The notes: generated by a model from the sequence alone, not told the origin. 64,000 nt of DNA from Rhizobium sp. Q54 (GCA_945892755.1 CAMDDO010000001.1:54860-118859), one strand, 5' to 3'; positions 32,606 to 42,457 are shown, counted from the stretch's first letter. Translations and numbers: made by a program.

Positions 32606-32615
32606 TTGTATACAA
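32606..32615. promoter_or_regulatory. Palindromic GntR-type operator candidate
   Basis: Perfect palindrome TTGTATACAA in an AT-rich patch of the divergent intergenic region. Confidence 0.6.
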
Positions 32616-32682
32616 AATGCAGTGCGGGTGGGGCGCGCGGCGTGGGCCGCTATGACGGGGGCTCGCAAAGGCAGGGGATAGA

Positions 32683-33498
32683 GTGACACTCAGCGAAATC
32701 GACGTCGAGGTTGCGGGCCATCGCGCGCACGCTTGGGAAGGCGGCGCGGGTTTTCCGATCCTCATGCTGCATGGCTCGGGGCCGGGTGCCGGCACGATCG
32801 GCAATTGGCGCCTCGTGCTCGAGCCCTTGGCATCGCGCTATCGGGTGCTGGCGAGCGATTTGATCGGCTTCGGCCAATCGGCGCGCAAAAAGACCGAGCC
32901 CTATTTCGATCCCGCGCTATGGCTGGCCCAAGCCGAGGGCCTGCTGCAACGGCTCCCCTCCGGCCCGGTCGGCATTATTGGGCATTCGGTCTCCGGCGCG
33001 CTTGCGTTGAAGCTCGCCGCGCGGAACCCGGAGCGTGTCGTCAAGGTTTTGACCACGGGCTCGATGGGCCATCGCTTCAAGGCCAATCGCTATACCGAGG
33101 AATGTTGGAACTTCCCCGAGACCAAAGACGCGCTGCGCTCGGCGGTCGGCAATCTGGTTTACGATGCCGCGGTGATCACCGAGGAATTCCTCGACAATCG
33201 CATGAAGATTCTGCACGGCGGCGATTACGCGCCCTATTTCAGATCGATGTTCGCCGGCGACAAACAGCGCTATATCGATGCGGCGGCGCTTGGCGATGAC
33301 GAGTTGAAACGCATTCGCGCCGATGTTTTGATGCTGCACGGGCGGGACGACAAGCCGTTCCCCTGTGCCGACAACACGCTGGTGCTCGCGCCCAAGATCG
33401 CGCGCGCGGATGCCATGGTGATCGCGCGCTGCGGCCATTCGCCGGCGCTCGAACATCCGCAGAAATTAGTCGCTGCCGCCCACATGCTGTTCGGCTGA
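32683..33498 (+). CDS. Alpha/beta hydrolase, meta-cleavage-product (C-C) hydrolase-like
   Basis: LHGSGPG, DLIGFGQS, nucleophile GHSVSG, HGRDD, CGH. Confidence 0.85.
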   Translation: MTLSEIDVEVAGHRAHAWEGGAGFPILMLHGSGPGAGTIGNWRLVLEPLASRYRVLASDLIGFGQSARKKTEPYFDPALWLAQAEGLLQRLPSGPVGIIGHSVSGALALKLAARNPERVVKVLTTGSMGHRFKANRYTEECWNFPETKDALRSAVGNLVYDAAVITEEFLDNRMKILHGGDYAPYFRSMFAGDKQRYIDAAALGDDELKRIRADVLMLHGRDDKPFPCADNTLVLAPKIARADAMVIARCGHSPALEHPQKLVAAAHMLFG

Positions 33499-33528
33499 TA
33501 CGATCAACAAAACTCAGGGAGACTGAAG

Positions 33529-33936
33529 GTGTCGCAATTGAAGATGCAACGGGTCTTGACCGATAAAGTGGCCGAGCCGCCGCCCGGCTTCTGGTCGAAT
33601 TGCAAGCGGATCGGCGACTGGTTCTGGGTTTCGGGCTTTGTCGCGCTCGACAAGGACGGCGACATCGTCGGCCCGAACGACCCCGGCGCTCAGGCGCGTT
33701 ATATTTTCTCAAACATCAAGCACTATGTCGAGGCCGCCGGCGGCAAGATGTCGGACGTGGTCAAGCTCAACATCTATTTGACCGACATGCGCCATCGCCC
33801 CGCGGTCTTGGAAGCGCGGCGGCAATTCTTCAGCGGCGACTTTCCGTGTTCGACTCTGGTTGGCGTCACCTCGCTGTTCGATGTTCGCGCGTTCGTCGAG
33901 ATCGATTGTTCCGGCCATATCGGCTCCAGCTCCTGA
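33529..33936 (+). CDS. Rid (YjgF/YER057c/UK114) family protein
   Basis: VSG, AAGGKMSDVVKLNIYLTDM, FPCSTLVGV, VEID. Confidence 0.85.
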   Translation: MSQLKMQRVLTDKVAEPPPGFWSNCKRIGDWFWVSGFVALDKDGDIVGPNDPGAQARYIFSNIKHYVEAAGGKMSDVVKLNIYLTDMRHRPAVLEARRQFFSGDFPCSTLVGVTSLFDVRAFVEIDCSGHIGSSS

Positions 33937-33970
33937 GCGGAGCGACCATTGATGCCCAAGGAGGCTCGTC

Positions 33971-35332
33971 ATGCGTAAGCACATCCGTTGCGGCAGGCTT
34001 TTCACCGGACTCTCGGACAAAGCCGAGAGGGATCAGACCATCGTCATCAATGACGAGCGGATCGACTATGTCGGCCCAACCGCAGGCGCGCCGAAAGCGG
34101 CGCCGGGCGAACAGGTGGTCGATCATTCCAAGCACTTCGTGTTGCCCGGGCTGATCGACGTTCACGTCCATCTCGCTTATGGCAATTGCAAAACGGAAGA
34201 GGACATCGACCTCTACGCGCCGGTCGAATTTCGCGCGCTGCGCGGGCTCGAAGCAGCGCAGCGCGTGTTGAAGGCGGGCTTCACCTCGATCTGCGACCCG
34301 GCGACCAGCGGCCTGGTCTCGCCCTCGATTCGCGATGCGATCGAGGCCAATTTGTTCGTCGGCCCGCGCGTCTCGGCCTCCGGCCCGCAAATCACCAACC
34401 GCCAGGGCCTGACCGACTGGTACCCGACCTGGATCGGCGTGCCCTCGACCGCGATCGGTGTGCTCTGCAAGGACGCCGCCGAAGGCGTCGCCGAAATCCG
34501 GAAAGAGGTGAAGGACGGCGTCGACTTCATCAAGATCGCCATGGACGGCGATTCGATGAACCCGACAAGCAGCACGCTGACCGCCGGCTACAACCAGGAA
34601 GAAATCACCGCCATGGTGCGCGAGGCGCATCGCCTCGGCAAGAAGGTGGTGGTCCATGCGCGCGGCGATGAGGCAACGCTTTATTCGGCCCGCGCCGGCG
34701 TCGACGTGATCCTGCACGCCTCGTACATGACCGAGAAGACGCTTGAAGAAGTGGCGAAGAGCGGCGCGATGCTCTGCCCGTCCTATCTGCTCCTGGTCAA
34801 CAATATCGATTTCACCCGGCCCGGCGATGGCGCCTATCCGGCCTTCCCCGACGCCCATAAGCGCGAGCTCGAGGCCGGCGCGAAAATCCACACGCTCGGC
34901 CGCAAGGCCGGCGTGAAATATCTGGTCGGCACGGATTCGGGCTTCGCCATCACGCCCTATGGCGAGTGGCATGCGCGCGAGCTTGAAACCTTCGTCAAAT
35001 ATTTCGGCTTCTCGGCCGCCGAGGCGATCAAATGCGCGACCGTCAACAATGGCATGTTCGTGCGCCATGCCGGCCATGTCGGCTCGCTCGAAAAAGGTCG
35101 CTTCGCCGATATCCTCGTGTTCGATGGCGACCCCTTGGCCGATATCGCGCAATTGCAGGATCGCTCGCGCGTTCGCGAGATCTTCCTCGGCGGCGACGCG
35201 GTGACGCACGAGGTCAATCCGAAGGCGCATCGTTTGCGCTCGGAGTTCTCCTACCAAATGTGGAACGACGTCTATAGCCAGGCGCGTATCGCGGAACTGA
35301 AGCGCGAGCACACGCGCCACGCGGCCGAATAA
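33971..35332 (+). CDS. Metal-dependent amidohydrolase
   Basis: PGLIDVHVH, GVDFIK, VHAR, LHAS, GTDSG, ADIL; ends RHAAE. Confidence 0.88.
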   Translation: MRKHIRCGRLFTGLSDKAERDQTIVINDERIDYVGPTAGAPKAAPGEQVVDHSKHFVLPGLIDVHVHLAYGNCKTEEDIDLYAPVEFRALRGLEAAQRVLKAGFTSICDPATSGLVSPSIRDAIEANLFVGPRVSASGPQITNRQGLTDWYPTWIGVPSTAIGVLCKDAAEGVAEIRKEVKDGVDFIKIAMDGDSMNPTSSTLTAGYNQEEITAMVREAHRLGKKVVVHARGDEATLYSARAGVDVILHASYMTEKTLEEVAKSGAMLCPSYLLLVNNIDFTRPGDGAYPAFPDAHKRELEAGAKIHTLGRKAGVKYLVGTDSGFAITPYGEWHARELETFVKYFGFSAAEAIKCATVNNGMFVRHAGHVGSLEKGRFADILVFDGDPLADIAQLQDRSRVREIFLGGDAVTHEVNPKAHRLRSEFSYQMWNDVYSQARIAELKREHTRHAAE

Positions 35333-35351
35333 GGGAAAGGACTGAACCATC

Positions 35352-36476
35352 ATGGGAGAGCGGTGGGTCTTATCGGCAGATAGCCACGTCATCGAACCGA
35401 GCGATTTGTGGCAGAAGACGATTGGCAAGAAATGGGGCGACAAGGTGCCCCATCTGGTCAATCAACATAAGGGCGTGAAGGCGAAGTTCTTCTTCACCGG
35501 GCACGAATATGTCCGAATCGATGAGATCGTCGAAGGCGATCCCGAGCTACAGGCAAAGCTTGTGGCGTCGGGCACGAAACCGAGCGTGCGCGTGCAGTGC
35601 ATGGACGAAGACGGCGTTTGGGGCGAGATCGTCAACGCGACCTGGACCCTCTATTCGCTGCGCATTCCGAACGACGATCTGGTGCGCGACGTCTGCCGCG
35701 CCTTCAACAACTGGCTGGCCGACTATTGCAAGGTTGCGCCGAAGCGGCTCTACGGCACCGCGATGGTGCACATGGAAGACGTCAACTGGGCCTGCAAGGA
35801 GCTCGAACGCGCCGCCAAACTCGGCCTCAAGAGCGTGCTGATCAATTGCGACACGCGGCCGAAGTGGAAGCCCTATCAGGACAAGTCCTACGACAAGTTC
35901 TGGGCCCGCGCGCAAGAGCTGAACATGCCGGTGACGCTGCACATCATCACCGGCAACGTCGTCGACCTGTTCACGCTCCATGGCGATCGGCGCATCAACA
36001 TACCGCGCTATACGCTCGAACTGTTCAATGAAGCAGGCTGGACGCTTGGCAATGAATTCATCTTCGGCGGCATTCTTGACCGCTTCCCAAAGCTGAAAGT
36101 TATTCTGTCCGAATACGAAGTCTCGTGGCTGCCGCATTGGCTGTTCCGCATGCGCCAGCTCCAGAAGAATTTCATGCCGGCGATGCGCATGCCCGAAATC
36201 AAGCGGCCGATCGACGACTACATGACCCAAGTGCATCACGGCCTGATCGACGATCCCTTGCTCGATGAGGCGCTCAAGCATGTTGACTCGAAGACGGTGA
36301 TGTGGGGCTCGGACTTCCCGCACGCGCGCTGCACCTATCCGAATACGCACAAGGTGATCGATAAGCTTTATGGCCACCTCGACCGGAAGACGCGCGACGA
36401 CATCACGATTTACAACTGCGCGCGCTTCTATGGCTTCGACTTGCCTGCGAGCCTGAGACGGCAGGCGGCGGAGTAG
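35352..36476 (+). CDS. Amidohydrolase_2 family protein
   Basis: SADSHVIEP, AFNNW, TLHI, LDRFPKLK, MWGSDFPH; ends RQAAE. Confidence 0.87.
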   Translation: MGERWVLSADSHVIEPSDLWQKTIGKKWGDKVPHLVNQHKGVKAKFFFTGHEYVRIDEIVEGDPELQAKLVASGTKPSVRVQCMDEDGVWGEIVNATWTLYSLRIPNDDLVRDVCRAFNNWLADYCKVAPKRLYGTAMVHMEDVNWACKELERAAKLGLKSVLINCDTRPKWKPYQDKSYDKFWARAQELNMPVTLHIITGNVVDLFTLHGDRRINIPRYTLELFNEAGWTLGNEFIFGGILDRFPKLKVILSEYEVSWLPHWLFRMRQLQKNFMPAMRMPEIKRPIDDYMTQVHHGLIDDPLLDEALKHVDSKTVMWGSDFPHARCTYPNTHKVIDKLYGHLDRKTRDDITIYNCARFYGFDLPASLRRQAAE

Positions 36477-36661
36477 AACTGATACGCCCCGCACGAGAAC
36501 CCTTCCTCCCCGGACAGGGAGGAAGGCGCAAACGCATGCGCTTGCGGGGTTGGTGGGGCGAATGCTGATCGGGCAAGGCCCGGTCGATCGCGTGCGGTTT
36601 GAAAGAGCGACCCCAACCTATTGCGCGTGACCGGACAACGACCCGCCTCTAAATTGCTCCG

Positions 36662-37600
36662 ATGATTCGTGACGCACCCCTCGCCGCGGTGCGCCCCTGG
36701 CGCGGGGCGATCTTCGCGCTGGCTTCGTCGGCTTGTTTTGGCGGCGCCGCGCCGGCCTCCAAATTATTGCTCGCCAAGATCGACCCGTTCTTGATGGCGG
36801 GGCTGCTTTATGCCGGCGCGGGCATCGGGCTGTCGGCGCTTTGGCTCGCGCGCGAGCTTGGCGCGCCGGGTTTGCCGCGCGGCCCGCGTTTGTCTGGCCG
36901 CGCCTGGTGGTGGTTTCTGGGCGCGACAATGTGCGGTGGCGGCCTGGGGCCCGTGCTCCTGATGCTGGGCCTGGCCCGTACCCCGGCCTCGACCGGCTCG
37001 CTTCTGCTCAATCTCGAGGCGGTGCTGACCGTGCTGATCGCGGGCGCTTTCTTCCGCGAGCGAATCCTCGGCCTGGTCGGGCTCGGCATTGCCGCCGTCA
37101 TCGCGGGCGGCGTGATCCTTGCGTGGCAGGGCGAATTCATGCTGGGCGGGCCGCTTGGGCCGCTTGCGGTCGCGGGAGCCTGCTTCGCCTGGGCCCTCGA
37201 CAACAACATGGTCCGACAGATCGCGCATCATGACCCGGTTCAGATCGCGGCGCTGCGCGGGCTGTGCGCCGGCGCGCTCGTGATCGCGCTCGCCTTTCTG
37301 ATTGGCGCGAGCGGGGTTGACCCGTGGCTGATGGTAAGCGCCGGCGCGCTTGGCCTGTTCGGCTATGGCTTGCCGCTGGTCTTCTTCGTGATGGCGCTCC
37401 GCGATCTCGGCACGGCACGCACCGGCGCCATGTTCGCGACCGCGCCCTTTGTCGGCGCCATCGTCAGCATCCTCGCGCTCGGCGATCCGGTCACGCTGCA
37501 ACTTGGTATCGCCGGAATCTGCATGGTGCTGGGCGTCTGGCTCATGCTTGCCGGTCAGCGCCGCTCCGAAGCGGCACCGGCCGGTGAGGGCACCGCCTAA
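36662..37600 (+). CDS. DMT/EamA-family membrane transporter
   Basis: About 10 TM segments, SLLLNLE, WALDNN, LGTART. Confidence 0.85.
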   Translation: MIRDAPLAAVRPWRGAIFALASSACFGGAAPASKLLLAKIDPFLMAGLLYAGAGIGLSALWLARELGAPGLPRGPRLSGRAWWWFLGATMCGGGLGPVLLMLGLARTPASTGSLLLNLEAVLTVLIAGAFFRERILGLVGLGIAAVIAGGVILAWQGEFMLGGPLGPLAVAGACFAWALDNNMVRQIAHHDPVQIAALRGLCAGALVIALAFLIGASGVDPWLMVSAGALGLFGYGLPLVFFVMALRDLGTARTGAMFATAPFVGAIVSILALGDPVTLQLGIAGICMVLGVWLMLAGQRRSEAAPAGEGTA

Positions 37601-37648
37601 TGGCGCGATGCCAACGGATGCTACCCATCCTTTGGCTGGATCGGATCA

Positions 37649-38680
37649 CTAATCGCGCAGCGTCAACAACACCTTCTGCCGGTAATTGTCGGCGATTACG
37701 GCCAAGACCAGCAGAATGCCGACCACGATCATCTGCTGATAGGAGCCGATGCGCATGAGGTTCATGCCGTTCTGCACCAGAATGATGAAGATCGCGCCGA
37801 GTACGACATTGGCGAGCCGACCTGTACCACCGAAGAGACTCACGCCGCCGATCGCGCAGGCCGCGATCGAGTTCAGCGGATAATCACTCCCGATATTCGA
37901 TTCGCCGCTTTCAAGGCGTGCGGTCAGCATCAGCGCCGAGACCGTCGTAATGGCGGCGCACACGACATAGGCCATGAACAAATAATAGCGCGTGCTGATG
38001 CCGGACAGCATCGAGGCCTTCAGATTGCCGCCAAGCGCATAAAAATATCGCCCCATGCGGGTCCAGGCCAACAGCACGTAGGTAATCACCACGAAGCCGA
38101 TGGTGATCCAGATCGGCACCGGCACGCCGAGCGCCGAGCCATAACCGAAGACGCCTGCGAATTCCTCGGGCATGCCATAGATCGGCGTGCCACCCGTGAT
38201 GGTGAGCGCGATGCCGAAGACGATCGTCGACATGGCGAGCGTCATGATGAAAGGCGGCACGCGGAAGACCGCGACACCGACGCCGTTGATCGCTCCAACG
38301 ATCAAGCCCGCGCCAAGCCCGGCCAGGCTGCCGAGGATGATCGAGCCCCACACCGCCTCCTTGCCCGAGGCGTTGAAATGATCGACCATCACCATCGAGC
38401 TGATCACCGAAACGATGGCAAAGATGACGCCGACCGAAAGATCGAGCCCGGCGGTCAGCAGCACAACCATTTGCGCCATCGCGACCATGACCAGATAGGT
38501 CGCCTGCCGGGCCACCAGCATGAAATTCTGCCCGGTCATGAAGGATTCGGTCGCGAAGGTGAAGATGATGATGGCGAAAACCAGAAACCACGGCAAAACA
38601 CCGCCGCGCACGAACACCTGCGCAGCCACGCGCTCGATCGAACCCATGAGTTCCACTTGCTTTCGCATGGCGCCGGCCAT
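37649..38680 (-). CDS. ABC transporter permease (RbsC-like)
   Basis: GLDLSVG, PPFIMTL, YALGGN, IAACAIGGVSLFGG; GGGGAG RBS before ATG 38680. Confidence 0.9.
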   Translation of the reverse strand: MAGAMRKQVELMGSIERVAAQVFVRGGVLPWFLVFAIIIFTFATESFMTGQNFMLVARQATYLVMVAMAQMVVLLTAGLDLSVGVIFAIVSVISSMVMVDHFNASGKEAVWGSIILGSLAGLGAGLIVGAINGVGVAVFRVPPFIMTLAMSTIVFGIALTITGGTPIYGMPEEFAGVFGYGSALGVPVPIWITIGFVVITYVLLAWTRMGRYFYALGGNLKASMLSGISTRYYLFMAYVVCAAITTVSALMLTARLESGESNIGSDYPLNSIAACAIGGVSLFGGTGRLANVVLGAIFIILVQNGMNLMRIGSYQQMIVVGILLVLAVIADNYRQKVLLTLRD

Positions 38681-38696
38681 CTCCCCGTCTCCCCAG

Positions 38697-40265
38697 CTAA
38701 ACCGTTTGTTTTTCGAAGAAGTGGCCGAGAACGGCCTGCTCGCTGATCTCTGCCTTGGGCAGCTCGGCACGCAATTCGCCCCGATACATGACGTAGGCGC
38801 GATTGGTCAGATGGAGGATCTCCGGCAAATCGGAAGAGATCAACAGAATGCCGGCGCCGGCCTCACAAAGCGTCTTGATGAAGTTATAGATATGAACACG
38901 GGCACCGACATCGACGCCGACCGTCGGCTCATCGAAAATGAACAGCTTTACGTCGCGCGCGAGTGATTTGCCGACCAGCACTTTTTGCTGATTGCCGCCT
39001 GAGAAATGCTCGAGCGCGCGCTCGACATTGGGCGGGTCGAGATCGAGCCGGCGCACCAAGTCCTTCACCACCGTACGCTCATTGGCGCGACGCAAGAAAA
39101 AGCCGTTCGAGAACGTGCGCAGCCAAAGCGACGAAAGCGCGATGTTCTCGCGCACGTTCTGCATCATCACCAGACCTTCTTGGCGACGATCCGACGGCAA
39201 ATAGTAAAGCCCGCGATCGAGCATGCGGCGCGGGCCCAGCTTGTTGGTCTTGCGCACCTCATAGACCACCTGGCCATTGAAAGAGATGCGCCCCGCGCTG
39301 ATTTTTTCCAAGCCAAAACAGGCGCGACCGATCTGTGATTTGCCTGAACCAACCAGGCCGGCGAGACCCACGATCTCGCCCGCGCGGACATTGATCGAGA
39401 CGTCGCGCACGCCGCCATCGGCGGTCGACAAATTCTCGATCTGAAGCAGATTGTCCTTCGGCGCGAAGTGCACCGCGGGGAAGACTTGATCGATGACCCG
39501 GCCGGTCATGAGCTCAACCAGCCTTTGATCGCTGGCTTCCTCGACCCCGATGGTCGCGACGAACTTGCCGTCGCGCAGCACCGTGATGCGATCGCCGATG
39601 CGCTTGATTTCGTTCATCCGATGCGTGATGTAGATGATCCCGATGCCTTCTTTCTTGATCTGCTCGATCAGCGCGAACAGGCGATCGGTTTCGCGCTCGG
39701 TCAAGGAGGCCGTGGGTTCATCGAAAATCATGACGGATGGTTTGGTGCGAAACGCCTTGGCGATTTCGACCATTTGTTGCTGCGCGCGCGACAGATACAT
39801 CACCAGGTCGCGCGGCTTGAGGTCGAAGCCGAGGCGATCGAGTACTTCGCGCGCCTGCCGGCGCAGGCCCACTTTGTCGAGCAGCGGGCCCTTGTGGACC
39901 TCGGAGCCGAGGAACAGATTGTCCTCGATGGAGAGTTGCGGCACCAGGGAGAACTCCTGGAATACCGCGCTAATGCCGAGCGCGCGCGCGTGGTGAACCG
40001 AGGAAATGCTGATCGGCTCGTCCTTGAAGAAGATTCGCCCGCCTGACGGCCGATGAACCCCAGCGATGATCTGAATCATCGTCGACTTGCCGGCCCCATT
40101 CTCGCCGAACAGGACGTGGACCTCGCCCGGTCGCACGTCGAAATTCACCTGATCGAGCGCGAGCGTGCCCGGGAACTGCTTGGAGATCGCCTCCAAGCGC
40201 AAAAGAACAGGAGCACCAGAACCTTTCGGTTCCGGGCTCCCAACATCATCGCTGACCATGGCCAT
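38697..40265 (-). CDS. ABC transporter ATP-binding protein (RbsA-like, fused double domain)
   Basis: GENGAGKST, DEPT, GLVGSGKS, SGGNQQK, DEPTVGVD. Confidence 0.93.
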   Translation of the reverse strand: MAMVSDDVGSPEPKGSGAPVLLRLEAISKQFPGTLALDQVNFDVRPGEVHVLFGENGAGKSTMIQIIAGVHRPSGGRIFFKDEPISISSVHHARALGISAVFQEFSLVPQLSIEDNLFLGSEVHKGPLLDKVGLRRQAREVLDRLGFDLKPRDLVMYLSRAQQQMVEIAKAFRTKPSVMIFDEPTASLTERETDRLFALIEQIKKEGIGIIYITHRMNEIKRIGDRITVLRDGKFVATIGVEEASDQRLVELMTGRVIDQVFPAVHFAPKDNLLQIENLSTADGGVRDVSINVRAGEIVGLAGLVGSGKSQIGRACFGLEKISAGRISFNGQVVYEVRKTNKLGPRRMLDRGLYYLPSDRRQEGLVMMQNVRENIALSSLWLRTFSNGFFLRRANERTVVKDLVRRLDLDPPNVERALEHFSGGNQQKVLVGKSLARDVKLFIFDEPTVGVDVGARVHIYNFIKTLCEAGAGILLISSDLPEILHLTNRAYVMYRGELRAELPKAEISEQAVLGHFFEKQTV

Positions 40266-40297
40266 GAATCGGACTCAAACGCCGATGGTCTTCGTGC

Positions 40298-41491
40298 TCA
40301 GTCGACCGTGAACACCGGCGTCCAACCTTCGGGCGCCAGGGTCGTCGCGGTATTGAAGTCCTTGATATTTTCCGGCGTGACATTGGTCGGCACCGGCTGC
40401 ACGTGCTCGGTGGTGAGGCCGGTCTTGTTGTATTCGGGTCGTCCGCCGGTAGCAAAGGGCTTCTTCTCCAGGATACGCACGGCCTGATCGATGCTAATCC
40501 GAGCTTGGATAATCATCTGGTCAGACGGGGCCATGGCCACGCGGCCCTGACCGACGAACATATGCATGCCTGGCGTGTAGTAATAAGCCACCAGCTTGAC
40601 CTGCTTCTCGATGCCACGCTCGCGCACCGCCGAAACTGCGGCTTCGATCGCCGGGGCCACGCCGACGATATAGTCGAGATCCGTCTTGCCGCCCGAGGAC
40701 TGCGCCTGGATGACGTCCTCGACTAGCGGCAGCTGAGTGTCCTTGTTTGTATTGCCCCATTTGGTGGAGATGAGTTCAGCGTCGCTGCCTTTCACGCCGG
40801 CGTTACAACCTTTGTCTCCTGCGACCGACCAACTGGCGCCGGGCGGGCCCGGGTACCAAGCGAGCTTCTTTTTGCCGCTACCGGCCGGATGTTGATCGGC
40901 AATCCACTTACAGGCGATGAAGCCCATGGTGTAGTAGCTCTCGAGCGATTTCGCATCGACCTTGGTGTCAATGCCGTTGATCAGGTCGATCGCAGGGAGG
41001 CCCTTACCGCGAATCTCCTCGATTTGCTTGGTGTTGCCATCGCCCGAAATCGCAGCAAAGATCAGCGCTTCTGCACCGTTGGCCACGCAATCTTCGATCT
41101 GGGCGATCTGCTTTTCGAGTTTGTCGTACCCGCCGGCCTCGACCAGCGTGATCTTCTGGCCGAGCCGCTTGCCTTCTTCGATGATGCCGTAGGCCGCCCC
41201 CACCCAATATGAATCCGCGAGGTGCGGGAACGACACGCAGATGTGGTGCTTCTTGGCGACATCGCCCGACATCAGCGGCACATAATCGACCACTTCTAGT
41301 TTGGCCGCGTCATTGGCCGGATCGGCCCAGCACTTGGGATCGCCGTCCGTGCAGGCCGGATTGTAGATTTGGACTTTGGCCGGCCACCATTGGGCCGCGT
41401 CTTCCGCCTTGGCTGCCGGTGCTTGCGTCAGTGCGCCGACGACCATCGCCGCGCCGAGCGCCAATCCGGCGCCGATTGATAAGATCTTCAT
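40298..41491 (-). CDS. Periplasmic binding protein, TorT-like
   Basis: Signal peptide ending AKA; ICVSFPHLADSYW and EAGGYDKLEKQIAQIEDC resemble TorT-family segments. Confidence 0.75.
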   Translation of the reverse strand: MKILSIGAGLALGAAMVVGALTQAPAAKAEDAAQWWPAKVQIYNPACTDGDPKCWADPANDAAKLEVVDYVPLMSGDVAKKHHICVSFPHLADSYWVGAAYGIIEEGKRLGQKITLVEAGGYDKLEKQIAQIEDCVANGAEALIFAAISGDGNTKQIEEIRGKGLPAIDLINGIDTKVDAKSLESYYTMGFIACKWIADQHPAGSGKKKLAWYPGPPGASWSVAGDKGCNAGVKGSDAELISTKWGNTNKDTQLPLVEDVIQAQSSGGKTDLDYIVGVAPAIEAAVSAVRERGIEKQVKLVAYYYTPGMHMFVGQGRVAMAPSDQMIIQARISIDQAVRILEKKPFATGGRPEYNKTGLTTEHVQPVPTNVTPENIKDFNTATTLAPEGWTPVFTVD

Positions 41492-41565
41492 GTTGCTATT
41501 GCCCTCCCATTCATTGGCATTTGAGCGTCCGCCTCGCTCAGTCAGATGCGAAAGTCAGCATCGTT

Positions 41566-41594
41566 AGCGTGGCCCGTCAGATACCCGTTGTCAA
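41566..41594 (-). promoter_or_regulatory. Putative sigma70 promoter for the ABC operon
   Basis: Minus-strand TTGACA-N17-CACGCT. Confidence 0.35.
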
Positions 41595-41890
41595 CGATGC
41601 TCAGGTCTTTGCAAGGAAAAGCAAAACTAGCCAATCATGCGTACATGCCGAACGCTCCGGGCGCTGCGTTTGCGTAGCACTTGCCCGGTCTGCGATTGGC
41701 CCTGAATCTGTCGGCTAGTCCCGCGTGAACCCGTGACGGCGTGCGCCAGAGGCGCCGTTTTCGCGATTGTGTCACTTCGGTTTGCATTGTCTTTTCGTTG
41801 AGGGCGTGCGCTCGGCAACGGCGACGCAACAACGCCTAAAATTGAGTCGCGCGCGGCGCTCGGAAAATAATCGCTCAAGATCTCATAGAA

Positions 41891-41903
41891 TTGGTCCGAC
41901 CAA
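41891..41903. promoter_or_regulatory. FadR-subfamily operator candidate
   Basis: Palindrome TTGGTC-C-GACCAA, matching the TGGTCNGACCA FadR-type core. Confidence 0.65.
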
Positions 41904-41939
41904 ATCGAATGCTCGCTCCAGGAATCCGGCTTGTTCTTA

Positions 41940-41968
41940 TTGAAAGCGAGCGCCCCCACGCCTACGCT
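41940..41968 (+). promoter_or_regulatory. Putative sigma70 promoter for the DMFase-like operon
   Basis: TTGAAA-N17-TACGCT, 72 nt before the ATG. Confidence 0.45.
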
Positions 41969-42040
41969 GAATCTGTCGTCGACAAAAGTTTGACGACGCC
42001 CTGAGGGGCAAGCGGTCGCGCAATAAATCGGGAGGGACGC

Positions 42041-42457
42041 ATGGCGACCAAGACAGGCGTGCAGCTCAATCTTGGCTATACGGCAACCGACGATTTCATC
42101 ACCCGCACCTGGATCCTGCCGCTTCTGGCCGACAAGGCGAAGCGCGCGAAATTGATCGAGGAGCATCGCAACAATCCGGTCGGCAAGCCGGGCAAGGCCG
42201 GCAAGGCGGCGGTACAGCACAGCGACGATCTCGCGCGCGTCATCGACAAATTTCGGCGCGCGCCGCAAGCCGGCAAATATGTTCGCATCGCGGTGGTGCC
42301 GCACAAGGAATACGCCATCGGCGTGCTTTCGGGCGTCCGCGGCAAGCCGGTCAAGGTGCTCGAGAACAAGACCTACAAGAGCGAAGACGAGTGCGAACAC
42401 GCGATCTTCGTGCGGCGCGTCGAAGACTTCTTGGCCGCCTATCGCGTGAAAAAATAA
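42041..42457 (+). CDS. dmfA1: N,N-dimethylformamidase small subunit-like protein
   Basis: LIEEHRNNPVG, HSDDLARV..FRRAP..GKY, EHAIFVRR; directly upstream of the large subunit; GGGAGG RBS. Confidence 0.72.
   Translation: MATKTGVQLNLGYTATDDFITRTWILPLLADKAKRAKLIEEHRNNPVGKPGKAGKAAVQHSDDLARVIDKFRRAPQAGKYVRIAVVPHKEYAIGVLSGVRGKPVKVLENKTYKSEDECEHAIFVRRVEDFLAAYRVKK

Noticed and set aside
41620-41635. Sigma54 promoter on the minus strand (TGGCTAGTTTTGC)
   Set aside because: GG-to-GC spacing is 8 nt rather than the required 10.
41627-42400. 257-aa minus-strand ORF
   Set aside because: Antisense to dmfA1, runs through the promoter region, and has no recognisable motif.
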